From a virus (Duplodnaviria; Caudoviricetes), in the IMG/VR virus record IMGVR_UViG_3300046820_001270, positions 32,001 to 96,000 of that record: a stretch of 64,000 nt of DNA, one strand, 5' to 3'. The notes under the pieces were generated by a model. The model searched no databases and was not told where the DNA came from. It saw only the letters and a list, made by a program, of their open reading frames with translations. Position 1 is the first letter of the stretch, and each line of letters opens with the position of its first letter. Both the position numbers and the translations under genes were made by a program. Shown piece by piece: positions 39,701 to 48,516 of this stretch.

Positions 39701-39710
39701 ACCAATTTAG
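36708..39710 (+). CDS. Three-domain fusion: GT4 + FkbM methyltransferase + autotransporter O-heptosyltransferase (Aah/TibC-like, GT-B)
   Basis: GT4: RWDYRKG, SEGWNLP.IESMACG. FkbM: VVDLGGNIG, SFEP, FLKMDIEGAE. TibC-like: SKSLGD..AW, STAQAKYW, GIGSGLSWLAW, CHGCW..WCP..FEC. Confidence 0.85.
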   Translation: MKILAHTCFIGVTGYANHAKSFFCALNKYHTVKVRNSTIGSGWKGMNNTPHDDEPYITDEMKDMLILQTLINGDGSRSHLPMYGYKNDFKPDVHIVLVDMNNYYFHENYDGYKIAYNVWESTRYPQDFFKRLMYFDEVWVPTQWQFDCLVEQGYPKSKISIVPEGVDVGTFKPLSKIPKKDKFRFLHFGRWDYRKGTTEVLRTFGEVFKGRTDVELIASVENPYAYDGIKTTEERVKYHNINDENIKFIKFTPREEYVKYLQEGDVFVTCARSEGWNLPLIESMACGTPSLYSNWGGQLEFAEGNGVPVKIDGLRPANVEHKHFPGEYCEPDWKDLGEQMLNVMNDYKKFKSFAIEESKEIHIDFNWDKIAKTASNILMEKKTIREDDFYKSGKFYTDVDVLENLGDIKDYQGGTLEVANKFGWPRAIYHEIYNLMDYYKRPNNDKRIYDGDVVVDLGGNIGIFNRWAYSQGASKVISFEPDRRYFELLSKNADPRSILYNGAVADEVGEMVLSETGHLGGSTLLETEEMTNTYTVKTYTLNYLFETGVVNKIDFLKMDIEGAEHHAFLGISDENLLKVRNISMEYHHNLLGHNVELRESLIQRMSRLGFSHYTLFMGGNDNLQMLYFERKEKSIRKSNIHFVDGPFAEVNEDVEHLYNVQFIDGDTGKIEYETNIKSNHWTRASKKYYVNWIVKIKGIDNDFYREEKFNPQGQRIMICFESKSLGDSLAWIPYVEEFRVKNNCQVICSTFKNDLFKGQYPEIEFVEPGTGVNNIYGLFRLGLFQDDERKIKYDKHPSNPRVEPLGKMASDILGLEFEEIRPKLPKFNKKKTKRVCIAIHSTAQAKYWNNPIGWQQVVTHLKKKGYEVRLLSREEDGYMGNKNPQGVKQQKPGPIEKVIEVLEESELFIGIGSGLSWLAWSVGVPCIIISGFSEEYSEPMSGVSRLINKDVCHGCWNVYDFNPGDWNWCPVHKDTKRQFECSKSIKGDDVIKEIEKLLPI

Positions 39711-39771
39711 AGATATTTTTTATTTAATTTGAAAATTCAAAGTATTTATATGAGTATAACAATATAACCAT

Positions 39772-41670
39772 ATGAAAATATTTGACGCAAACATCTCGGG
39801 ATCCCTAAACGTATCGGGCGCAGCTCGTTTCTTCGGTGATCTTACGGTAGACGGAACAATAAATGCTGCGATTAGTGGTACATCCACAAACGCACTATCC
39901 CTAAACACAACGGGTTCTGCTCGTTTCGCTACCACAGGTAGTAACCTATTCACAGCAAACCAAACAATTAGCGGATCTATAATCCCATCTGTTAATAATG
40001 CTTACGATTTGGGTGATGCGACACATTGGTGGAAGGACATCTATGTATCTACAGGATCTATCTTTATTGGTGGTATAAAAGCTATCAGTACAAACACTGA
40101 TGGTACAATCCAAATAGGTACTCAAGTTGTACAAACTTCAGCAAGTTTAGCATCAGTTGGTCTACCAGTTCCTCCAACAGGTTCTGCAGGATCAAGTCAA
40201 AGTACATTAGTAGGTAGTCAAAATATTACAGGTAGTCAATCTATCACTGGTAGTATGTCAGTAAGTGGTAGTATGGTTGTAACAGGTTCTTTATTTATTA
40301 ACGGAACCTCATATACTGCGGCTTCTTCAGGAACTTCAGGAACTTCAGGAACTTCAGGTTCTTCAGGTTCTAGTGGATCTAACGGTTCATCAGGAACTTC
40401 AGGATCTAACGGAACAAATGGTTCTTCAGGAACTAGTGGTTCTAACGGTACTGACGGTTCTTCAGGTTCTAACGGAACAAATGGTTCTTCAGGAACTAGT
40501 GGATCTAACGGAACAAATGGTTCTTCAGGAACTAGTGGATCTAACGGAACAAATGGTTCTTCAGGTACTTCAGTAACCGTTTCAGGTACAAACAATGTAC
40601 TTGGTAAATTCAGTTCAGGAACTATGGTTAACTCAACAATAACTGACGATGGTACGACAGTTACTATTGGAGGTAATTTAACGGTTAATGGTACAACCAC
40701 TTCAGTCAATTCAAATACAGTTAATATTGGTGACAATATTTTAATTCTTAATTCAGATGAAGCGGGTGTTCCATCACAAAATGGTGGTATTGAAATTGAA
40801 AGAGGAACATCTACAAACGCAAGTTTAATATGGGACGAAACAACTGATGTGTGGGAAGTTGGTTTAGCGGGTGCTGAACTTGAAATTGCAACCATTAGTG
40901 GAACACAAACACTTACTAACAAAACAATAAATGGTTCACAATTAGTTGACTTGTCGGTTGCAAATGGTAAATTGACAAACTCATCAGTAACCGTTTCAGC
41001 AGGAACGGGTATGAGTGGAGGTGGTGCGGTATCATTAGGTGGTACTGTAACATTAACAAATGCGGGTGTAACGTCAATCACAACAAATACAGGTTTAAGT
41101 TCAAACGTAAGTGCGACAGGTGCGGTTACAATCACAAATACAATAACCAATAATAACCAATTAACCAATGGTGCTGGATATCTTACAACGGCTGTAACTT
41201 CAGCGGTTGGAGGTACGGGTGTTGGTGTGAGTTCGGGAACAGGAGCGGTTACATTCTCAATCGGTCAAGCGGTTGCAACATCATCAAACGTTCAATTTAA
41301 CTCATTGGGTGTAGGAACGGCAGGTCCTGGAACAACAGGTTTAATCAGAGCAACAAATGACGTTATCGCTTACTTCTCATCAGATGAGAGATTAAAGGAA
41401 AACTTTGAAAATATCCCTAATTCTTTAGATAAGTTAAAACAAATTAACGGTTATTCATTTGATTGGATCCCTATGGAAGGTATTCACGAAAATGAAGGTC
41501 ACGATATCGGTGTTAAAGCACAAGAAATTGAAGCTGTTTTACCTGAAATTGTTACAACAAGAGAAAACGGATATAAGGCGGTTAAATATGATAAATTAGT
41601 TGCTTTATTGATTGAAACAAATAAAGAATTATTAAATCGTATTGAAGCTTTAGAAGCTAAAATAAAATAA
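39772..41670 (+). CDS. Tail/head fibre protein with Gly-X-Y Ser/Thr repeat and C-terminal intramolecular chaperone (peptidase S74)
   Basis: SSDERLKEN..GYSFDW..GVKAQE..V.Y..L.ALLIE plus terminal coiled coil; long G/S/T-rich shaft. Confidence 0.9.
   Translation: MKIFDANISGSLNVSGAARFFGDLTVDGTINAAISGTSTNALSLNTTGSARFATTGSNLFTANQTISGSIIPSVNNAYDLGDATHWWKDIYVSTGSIFIGGIKAISTNTDGTIQIGTQVVQTSASLASVGLPVPPTGSAGSSQSTLVGSQNITGSQSITGSMSVSGSMVVTGSLFINGTSYTAASSGTSGTSGTSGSSGSSGSNGSSGTSGSNGTNGSSGTSGSNGTDGSSGSNGTNGSSGTSGSNGTNGSSGTSGSNGTNGSSGTSVTVSGTNNVLGKFSSGTMVNSTITDDGTTVTIGGNLTVNGTTTSVNSNTVNIGDNILILNSDEAGVPSQNGGIEIERGTSTNASLIWDETTDVWEVGLAGAELEIATISGTQTLTNKTINGSQLVDLSVANGKLTNSSVTVSAGTGMSGGGAVSLGGTVTLTNAGVTSITTNTGLSSNVSATGAVTITNTITNNNQLTNGAGYLTTAVTSAVGGTGVGVSSGTGAVTFSIGQAVATSSNVQFNSLGVGTAGPGTTGLIRATNDVIAYFSSDERLKENFENIPNSLDKLKQINGYSFDWIPMEGIHENEGHDIGVKAQEIEAVLPEIVTTRENGYKAVKYDKLVALLIETNKELLNRIEALEAKIK
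40327..40569 (+). repeat. Coding tandem repeat: 27 consecutive X-Gly-Y triplets, higher-order 36-nt unit GSNGTNGSSGTS
   Basis: Repeated ggatctaacggaacaaatggttcttcaggaactagt units read directly from the sequence. Confidence 0.9.
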
Positions 41671-41682
41671 TTATATTAATTG

Positions 41683-41717
41683 ATACTCACCATGTTATAA
41701 AAAAATATGGTGAGTAT
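41683..41717 (+). terminator. Hairpin downstream of the fibre gene
   Basis: 11-bp perfect stem atactcaccat / atggtgagtat with a 13-nt loop. Confidence 0.6.
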
Positions 41718-41752
41718 TTATAACATACGGATATTAAATTAAAAGATAGATT

Positions 41753-41968
41753 ATGGGCGTTTTACCAGCAACAGGGTCAGAAATTAGTATGGGAAGAATA
41801 GGTGCAGCATTAGGTGTTGTTCCAAATTCTACAACGCAAGTCGCATTGAATGCTCAACTCGGTACAGGTAGAAATAGAAACTCATCTGGTGTCGGAAGTA
41901 TTCCTAGTGGATCACAAACTGCAGAATCTGCAGGTTTTGGTAGTCTGATCACTCCAAATAACTATTAA
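41753..41968 (+). CDS. Small putative virion protein
   Basis: MGVLPATGSEISMG..I N-terminus typical of small fibre-associated phage proteins; TATTTAT upstream. Confidence 0.6.
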   Translation: MGVLPATGSEISMGRIGAALGVVPNSTTQVALNAQLGTGRNRNSSGVGSIPSGSQTAESAGFGSLITPNNY

Positions 41969-41969
41969 T

Positions 41970-41998
41970 TTTACATTTTCATATTTTTTTCTTATATT
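41970..41998 (+). promoter_or_regulatory. Promoter TTTACA-N17-TATATT
   Basis: Same geometry as the 25838 and 36673 sites. Confidence 0.55.
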
Positions 41999-42004
41999 AT
42001 ACGT

Positions 42005-42448
42005 ATGAATATAACGTATAAAAAATATCCCTCAAAATACGAATTACAGTACGTTAAATGGAATGGAATTAACTTTGATAGAGAAAGATTAATTAACTTC
42101 ATTAAACGTCTTAAATTAACGTATTTTTTGTCATTTATACCCTATTACAGAAAGGAACATCAAATACTTACAGAAATATTAAACACATACGATAAAGTTC
42201 GTATTCAAGGTCTTTTAAATAATGATGAAGATATTTTAAGAAGATGTTTTATTGAAAAATGGGCAAGAATTGCGTCAACTGACATTTTATTAACAAATGT
42301 TTATTCAAGATCAACATTTACAACGATATTTAATTTACCAATCAAAGATTACCAACTACTTATGAAAAGAGTGGAAGAAATGGTTGAGGCCGGAAGAAAT
42401 TTAACATATCAAAGTATAATAATTACAGACAATACACCTGGAACATGA
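42005..42448 (+). CDS. Hypothetical protein
   Basis: 147-aa ORF with promoter, coupled to the next gene. Confidence 0.65.
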   Translation: MNITYKKYPSKYELQYVKWNGINFDRERLINFIKRLKLTYFLSFIPYYRKEHQILTEILNTYDKVRIQGLLNNDEDILRRCFIEKWARIASTDILLTNVYSRSTFTTIFNLPIKDYQLLMKRVEEMVEAGRNLTYQSIIITDNTPGT

Positions 42449-43080
42449 GTAAATCAATCAACAACAGTTCAATGTGGGAAATAAAACCACTTAAGTTATC
42501 AATATTAGTACCAACAAGAGATATGGTACATTCACAATTTTCATATAGTTTAACTCAATTATTTAACACAACGAGAGAGGCGGGAATTGATGTTTATTTA
42601 TTTTTTGATTCTAGTACAATATTATTAAATCAAAGAAATAATCTTATTAAGAAGGCAATGGAAGTAAAATCCGATTATGTTCTTTGGTTAGATAGTGATA
42701 TGATGTTCCCACCAACCACAGCATTACGTCTTTTAGAACACAATAAGGACATCGTCGCATGTAACTATATGAAACGTTCAAAGCCTCTTAAACCTGTTGC
42801 ATATAGGGATCTAAATGATTGGGATAGTTGGGTACCGATGGAAATACATGACGAACTTGTTAAAGTGGAGGGAGTAGGTATGGGATGTATGTTAATGAAA
42901 TTAGATATGTTCGATAAATTAGAAAAACCATATTTTGAGTTTAGATATAAAGAAGACACCGAAGATTACTTCGGAGAAGACTTTATTTTATTGGGTAAGT
43001 TAAGAGAATTAGGATATGAAGTGTTTATTGATACATACTTAAGTATGATGGTTAAACACGTCGGCAATTACGCCTTTTGA
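42445..43080 (+). CDS. GT2-like glycosyltransferase
   Basis: LWLDSDMMFP, VGMGCML, GEDF, VKHVG. Confidence 0.8.
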   Translation: MSKSINNSSMWEIKPLKLSILVPTRDMVHSQFSYSLTQLFNTTREAGIDVYLFFDSSTILLNQRNNLIKKAMEVKSDYVLWLDSDMMFPPTTALRLLEHNKDIVACNYMKRSKPLKPVAYRDLNDWDSWVPMEIHDELVKVEGVGMGCMLMKLDMFDKLEKPYFEFRYKEDTEDYFGEDFILLGKLRELGYEVFIDTYLSMMVKHVGNYAF

Positions 43081-44180
43081 TCCTTATCTATTATCAACAC
43101 AGTTATATTACCATTTTCATAAACACCAGGTCCATAATCATCAAGAGATACTCTCAATGCGTTGACCATGTTAAAATCATCCTGATTAAAGTTATCGGTA
43201 ACAAATACTTTAATATCAACATCATTAACATCTTCAAATTTCTTAGTTAAATTGTAACGAGTAGATCGTTGTTCCTTCTCAACATATTCCGTTGGGAACT
43301 CATCAATCTCAATCTTATCGAAGAATGGTTCTAATAATTCAATATGTTTGGTACTACTTAATTTAACACCAACAATTTTCTTAACGTATGTAAAGTTATC
43401 TGTTGTTTGATAATCCATCGCGTTAAACATTGGAATACTAATCCCCCATTTTCTTATAAAGTTTCTAATGGAATGAGCTTCAATTGTTCCACGTACATCT
43501 TTCATTTCATCACTGAACCTTGATGTCTGCGAAACAAAATGATAGGTAATTGCAGAATCACAAGTTTTTAATTCATACCCTTTTAGTTTCGCACGGATTA
43601 AAAAGTCATCATCTTCACAAAAACATGGAACAAAACTAAATCCATCAAAACCACCTAAGTCAATAAATGTTTTCTTATATGCCGACATAAAGAAGACCGC
43701 ACCATCATGTAGTGTATCAGTATCTTTCCATTTTTGAATGTAATTATCAAAATGAGTTTGATCAAAATTATCAAACCCACTACCCAAATCTAATAATACT
43801 TTACCAGGTCTTGAATGACCTTTAAAAATAGGAGGTTCAATTGTTGTGTAGGATAAGATCATATTCTCAGTTAATAGTCTTTCTATTGCCTCTAAGAAAC
43901 CTTCACCAATAACCATATCGTTATGGATAAGAACAATCTTTTCCGTATCAACAAGATCAATACCCGCGTTATATGTTTCTGAGAATGTTAAACGATCATC
44001 ATCGTGGAAGAAAGATAAGTTTTCATCTTCTAATGATTCTAACCATTCTTTAGTACCGTCACTTGATCCACCACTACTAATTACTAACGGTGCATCGGGA
44101 TATAACACACGTAATCTTTTATAACATTCCGTTGTTAGATCTAATTTATTATAGACAGCCAATACAAAGCTTATATTCAT
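43068..44180 (-). CDS. GT2 glycosyltransferase
   Basis: VYNKLDLT, SDGT, LIHNDM, GGFD..F.EDDD, YHF.SQTSR. Confidence 0.85.
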   Translation of the reverse strand: MNISFVLAVYNKLDLTTECYKRLRVLYPDAPLVISSGGSSDGTKEWLESLEDENLSFFHDDDRLTFSETYNAGIDLVDTEKIVLIHNDMVIGEGFLEAIERLLTENMILSYTTIEPPIFKGHSRPGKVLLDLGSGFDNFDQTHFDNYIQKWKDTDTLHDGAVFFMSAYKKTFIDLGGFDGFSFVPCFCEDDDFLIRAKLKGYELKTCDSAITYHFVSQTSRFSDEMKDVRGTIEAHSIRNFIRKWGISIPMFNAMDYQTTDNFTYVKKIVGVKLSSTKHIELLEPFFDKIEIDEFPTEYVEKEQRSTRYNLTKKFEDVNDVDIKVFVTDNFNQDDFNMVNALRVSLDDYGPGVYENGNITVLIIDKDQKA

Positions 44181-44216
44181 TTTATTTTATTTTATATGTA
44201 ATAACTTATTTATATT

Positions 44217-45002
44217 TTAAAATTTTAATACTTGTTTCCATAAATTAAAAATATCATCATTTGTTAAATTAGAAACTTCATGTAGTGTTTGATCACAACC
44301 AAAAAACTTGGTATTTGTATAAAAACATTCATCTTTTACTAAACATGCAACTTCACCAATCGATGAATGATATACTCTACCCACACTATCATACATTTCT
44401 TGTTTAGAATTGGTATAACCCACAAATTCAACATAAGGATGATTTTCATATTTTTTTATATTTTTATTATAATACCCATCCATCACAATTTTACCACAAA
44501 TATAAATTTTTGTACATCCGTCCTTCAACGCTCTTTCAATAGATTGATGAGTTTGTTTTCTTTCTTCCACCGTACCAATAACACCAGCAACTAAATCTAA
44601 TTCAGATTTTTCTTTTGATACTAACAATTCTTTAGGGTTTGGTATTGTAGTGTATGGACCATTATATCTTGAGTGATAGTTTCTATGTTCTTCATGACTA
44701 AAAACTAACGTATCCCAATAATTTGGTATGTCTGCAACCTCAAACCACCATTTTTCATGACAACATAATACAACACTTTTCACATTTGGTCTTTTTTCTA
44801 ATTTTAAAAAATGTGTTAATAAAATGTCATCTTTATCTAATTTTAAATTACTTAACTTATCTGATTTACATTTATTTAAATGAAAATCATGAGGACCATA
44901 AAAAATTGTCTTGACCCCTCTTTCGTTAAACATATTTGTTAAATTGATAAGAATAGTTGTTGACCCTCCTTCGGCCGAATATCCCGAAATAATTTTTACC
45001 AT
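44217..45002 (-). CDS. GT-B (GT4-like) glycosyltransferase
   Basis: EGGST, GVIGTVEERKQ, EFVGY, YHSS.GEVACLV.DE. Confidence 0.65.
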   Translation of the reverse strand: MVKIISGYSAEGGSTTILINLTNMFNERGVKTIFYGPHDFHLNKCKSDKLSNLKLDKDDILLTHFLKLEKRPNVKSVVLCCHEKWWFEVADIPNYWDTLVFSHEEHRNYHSRYNGPYTTIPNPKELLVSKEKSELDLVAGVIGTVEERKQTHQSIERALKDGCTKIYICGKIVMDGYYNKNIKKYENHPYVEFVGYTNSKQEMYDSVGRVYHSSIGEVACLVKDECFYTNTKFFGCDQTLHEVSNLTNDDIFNLWKQVLKF

Positions 45003-45550
45003 ATTCTTTTTAAAATTGTTAAACCATTATTATTATAAAATCTTTCCGCAATAATCCAATGAGGATTATTATTCATAAATTCCTCAATTGCCGGCCATAA
45101 ACCAATAGTATCTCCATTCATACCACTAAATTCAAATGATGTAGTATCATGAAAAATAATGTATTTTCTTGATTTATTACCGTGTAATGTTAATTCACCT
45201 TTAACTTGTTTATATGTGTGATCGGTATCTAAAAATAATAAATCAGTTTCTTCAATTTCAATATCTAAAGTACTACCTAAAATAAAATTAAAGTCAATTT
45301 CATTTTTTTTACCAAGTTCAATTACGTCATTTACATTAATTCCCCAATTTTCTAATGGATCAATATCATAGGAAATTAATTTTTTAGGTAGACCCATCAT
45401 AAACGCAATCGTTGAAACTAACCATCTAACCCCCATTTCTGTTATATGATCACAATCTTCGGCATATTTTTTTAAAGTTGGTAAATGCTCATTAATATCT
45501 GATACCAAATTACACCTATATTCGTAGTTATCTATTAAATCTTGTGTCAT
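44996..45550 (-). CDS. Class I SAM methyltransferase (Methyltransf_24-like)
   Basis: EMGVR..VST, LLFLDTDH, IIFHDT. Confidence 0.8.
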   Translation of the reverse strand: MTQDLIDNYEYRCNLVSDINEHLPTLKKYAEDCDHITEMGVRWLVSTIAFMMGLPKKLISYDIDPLENWGINVNDVIELGKKNEIDFNFILGSTLDIEIEETDLLFLDTDHTYKQVKGELTLHGNKSRKYIIFHDTTSFEFSGMNGDTIGLWPAIEEFMNNNPHWIIAERFYNNNGLTILKRIW

Positions 45551-46161
45551 ACTTTATAATAATTTTCTTTTAAATCATTTTCATTCACATAATTTATTTT
45601 TTTCATAATTACTTGATAACCATTATGAACTATTTCTAAATATTTGTGATAACCATGATAGAACGCATCGGCACCTGTTTTAACTTGTAAGTATTGTTCT
45701 TGTTCAAGTCCACCACCATAATCATCGAATATAATATAACCATTATTTTTCAAACAGTAAAATGCATTTACCGCATCTTCTAAAACATATTTACACATAT
45801 GATTACCATCTATGTAAACAAAGTCTAAAAACTCTTTAGTTTCACCATTATGGTTAAATGTTTTAAAACTATCGGCAGATTCACCTAATTGATATGTTAC
45901 TTTATCTTTATATGGTTTAATGTTATTTTCAATGAATTCATTTGTATTAATATCCATAATGTAATGATGAGATCCTTCTTTTTTACAGAATTTATCTAAG
46001 ATATAAACTGATGAACCACCATATAGTGCACCAATTTCTAAACATACTCTTGGTTCATCACCATAGTTAGGCAAATAATGATCCCAAGAATCGACATGAT
46101 TTAAAAAGAAATAACGTTCTCCTTCTGGATATTTAAAATGTTCTGGATATTGATAACTCAT
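45547..46161 (-). CDS. Class I SAM methyltransferase (Methyltransf_24-like)
   Basis: LEIGALYGGS, FVYIDGNH, GYIIFDDY. Confidence 0.85.
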   Translation of the reverse strand: MSYQYPEHFKYPEGERYFFLNHVDSWDHYLPNYGDEPRVCLEIGALYGGSSVYILDKFCKKEGSHHYIMDINTNEFIENNIKPYKDKVTYQLGESADSFKTFNHNGETKEFLDFVYIDGNHMCKYVLEDAVNAFYCLKNNGYIIFDDYGGGLEQEQYLQVKTGADAFYHGYHKYLEIVHNGYQVIMKKINYVNENDLKENYYKV

Positions 46162-46778
46162 AATGAATTGTATAAATTGTTTTGTTTTTCTTGACGTTCA
46201 ATTGTCTTATGGTGCTGAATACAATATTCTTCGTCATTCGGTAATGAAGAAAACTTTTGACCACCTATTATTCTTTCATGTACCTTACCATACCAAGTCA
46301 TACCTTTACGATATATTCGTCCTTGAGCATCGGGAAAATTAACCCACCCATTTTCATTAACTCTCCAACCCCATTTTTTTACATGTTCTTCCGTCAAACC
46401 GTTAACAGTATTAATACGAGGAACAAATATTAAATCTACCTTTGGATTTAATTCTAAAATCTCGTGAAGATTTTTAACCATATATTCACTAATCATTTCG
46501 TCAGCGTCTAATTGATAGATGTAATCACCGGTACAATACTCATTCAATTTATTTTTCCAATCGGCAAAGTTTCCTTCAAAACCAAAACCTCTCCATGTTT
46601 GTACATTCGGTTTAATATTGTATGGTAAAAGAAAATCTAATATTTCAGGATTACCGTTCTTCTGATCATATAAAATTACTATTTCATCATTGTATCTTTT
46701 ATGTTCCAATAAAAACGGAACTAATCTTTTTATTTCCTTTAGTTCATTACAAACCGTAATTGCAAAACTTATTTTCAT
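46158..46778 (-). CDS. GT2 glycosyltransferase
   Basis: ITVCNE, NFADWKN, YQLDADE, PRIN, VHE, HHKTIERQ. Confidence 0.8.
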   Translation of the reverse strand: MKISFAITVCNELKEIKRLVPFLLEHKRYNDEIVILYDQKNGNPEILDFLLPYNIKPNVQTWRGFGFEGNFADWKNKLNEYCTGDYIYQLDADEMISEYMVKNLHEILELNPKVDLIFVPRINTVNGLTEEHVKKWGWRVNENGWVNFPDAQGRIYRKGMTWYGKVHERIIGGQKFSSLPNDEEYCIQHHKTIERQEKQNNLYNSL

Positions 46779-46779
46779 A

Positions 46780-47022
46780 TTATGCTCTTTGTCCTCCGTT
46801 TATTCTTCCCGTTAATATATTTATTACTTCGTTGTCAATTTCTTCCACAATTTGTTCCGACATTAATCTTGTTAATTCTGCCTCAGCATCAATTGAGTAA
46901 ACAGTATTTAAATCATCAACCAACTCAGGTCTCCATTGAGCACGTAGTGTTCTAACGATATTCTGAATACCTTCCGATTGAATTGTTATCCCATGAAAAA
47001 ATCTAAACTCTCTAACTCCCAT
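46780..47022 (-). CDS. 80-aa protein carrying a T4 gp23-like major capsid protein segment
   Basis: TLRAQWRPELVDDLNTVYSIDAEAELTRLMSEQIVEEIDNEVI; start moved to ATG 47022. Confidence 0.65.
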   Translation of the reverse strand: MGVREFRFFHGITIQSEGIQNIVRTLRAQWRPELVDDLNTVYSIDAEAELTRLMSEQIVEEIDNEVINILTGRINGGQRA

Positions 47023-47023
47023 A

Positions 47024-47254
47024 TTATTCTCTTTCTCTTGCGAATAATTTAAATACTCTACCATTATCATTAAATGTCATTTCAGTATTACTCGTTGGAC
47101 TTAAACGAATACTACAATCATTTGGACCATGGGCAAAAACGACTGGTTCGTCATCACCAAATTGAAAACAAAATTCAACATTTGATGGTTCAAATGAGAC
47201 CGGAGTAAAACATAATGTAGGTGTTTCATCACCTTTAAAAAATTTGAAGTTCAT
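47024..47254 (-). CDS. Hypothetical protein
   Basis: 76-aa ORF coupled on both sides. Confidence 0.6.
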   Translation of the reverse strand: MNFKFFKGDETPTLCFTPVSFEPSNVEFCFQFGDDEPVVFAHGPNDCSIRLSPTSNTEMTFNDNGRVFKLFARERE

Positions 47255-48516
47255 TATTTAACTTTATTTAATTTAGGTAATATTAATTTAGTTTGTTGTG
47301 GAGCAGGTTGTACAACAACTAAGTATGGTTTTAAAATTTCTTGAAAACGTTCTTTCATTTTTTCTAAAGAAAAGTTTTCTGAGTTCTGATCTTTTAATAA
47401 AATACTATTTGATGAAAATCTTGAATAATCATCTCTAACTAATTTCATTACTTCCACTACTTCATTATAATTTGCGGTGAACCACTTAGATCCTTTAATT
47501 ATGAATTGATCAATTGCACTATCATCAACATCGGTTAATTTACCACCAATCATAATACTTTTATCTGTCGGTAAAAAATCTTTTTGTCCTGACCAATTGG
47601 ACGCAATTACTGGTTTACCTGACATTGTGAATTCCAATAACGGTCTACCAAATCCCTCACCTTTAGTAATTGATATCATTGACTTAATCTTTTTATGATT
47701 ATATAAATCATTCATTTCTTTATTTGTTAAATCACCAAACAATAAATAAATAGATGGAGGGTTAGGTGTCTCACCGACTATATCTTTAATTCTTTTAATA
47801 AACACCTCACGTTCTTTAATTGAGAAACTTGATGATGATGTTTTTAAAACTAAAGCGGGAGATTTTTCATCGTCTTTAAATGCTTCAACGAAACACTTAA
47901 TTAACATACCAATATCTTTTCTATCTTGACCTACGTTTCCCTTTAACCAATGACCAACAAATAAAAATGCGAAGTCTTCTTTAACATTTAATTTAAATTT
48001 AGGATTAATAGTATCGTTATAGATTTTAGTATCAACACCTTCAAATAACACTTCAATTGGTTTTGTTATTTTATATTGATTAGTTAATTCATTTGTTGTT
48101 TTATTTCTTTCATCATAAACTGTCGATAATAAAACATTTTTAGAAAAATTGGAAGTGGCAATTATTAAATCCATTTGATTACAACCGTCTATCCAATCCT
48201 TAGGTGCTACAGTTGTTTCAATTCCTGCGGTGATACCAATATTAAACTTACCATATCTTTTAAATTCATTCGGTACGGTTACTTGTATATAGATATCAGG
48301 TAAACCGTCAAATTTAGATACAATATTACTTTCAATCCATTTGTGGAATATGTTATCAGACTCTAATGCTGTCATTGGAGTATTTCCCCACATACAACTA
48401 TCAATCTTAATATCAAATAAATTCATTTGATAAAGTGCTTCTAATAAATCTCTTGAGTGTGAACCATATCCACTTCTTGTTTTAACTGGTCCTCTAAATA
48501 ATATTGTTGGTTTCAT
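47254..48516 (-). CDS. GT4 glycosyltransferase
   Basis: SGYGSHSRD, FLFVGHW..DRK, KGEGFGRP.LE, SNWSGQKDF. Confidence 0.9.
   Translation of the reverse strand: MKPTILFRGPVKTRSGYGSHSRDLLEALYQMNLFDIKIDSCMWGNTPMTALESDNIFHKWIESNIVSKFDGLPDIYIQVTVPNEFKRYGKFNIGITAGIETTVAPKDWIDGCNQMDLIIATSNFSKNVLLSTVYDERNKTTNELTNQYKITKPIEVLFEGVDTKIYNDTINPKFKLNVKEDFAFLFVGHWLKGNVGQDRKDIGMLIKCFVEAFKDDEKSPALVLKTSSSSFSIKEREVFIKRIKDIVGETPNPPSIYLLFGDLTNKEMNDLYNHKKIKSMISITKGEGFGRPLLEFTMSGKPVIASNWSGQKDFLPTDKSIMIGGKLTDVDDSAIDQFIIKGSKWFTANYNEVVEVMKLVRDDYSRFSSNSILLKDQNSENFSLEKMKERFQEILKPYLVVVQPAPQQTKLILPKLNKVK

Noticed and set aside
40327-40569. CRISPR array or non-coding satellite
   Set aside because: In-frame coding repeat with synonymous variation and no unique spacers.
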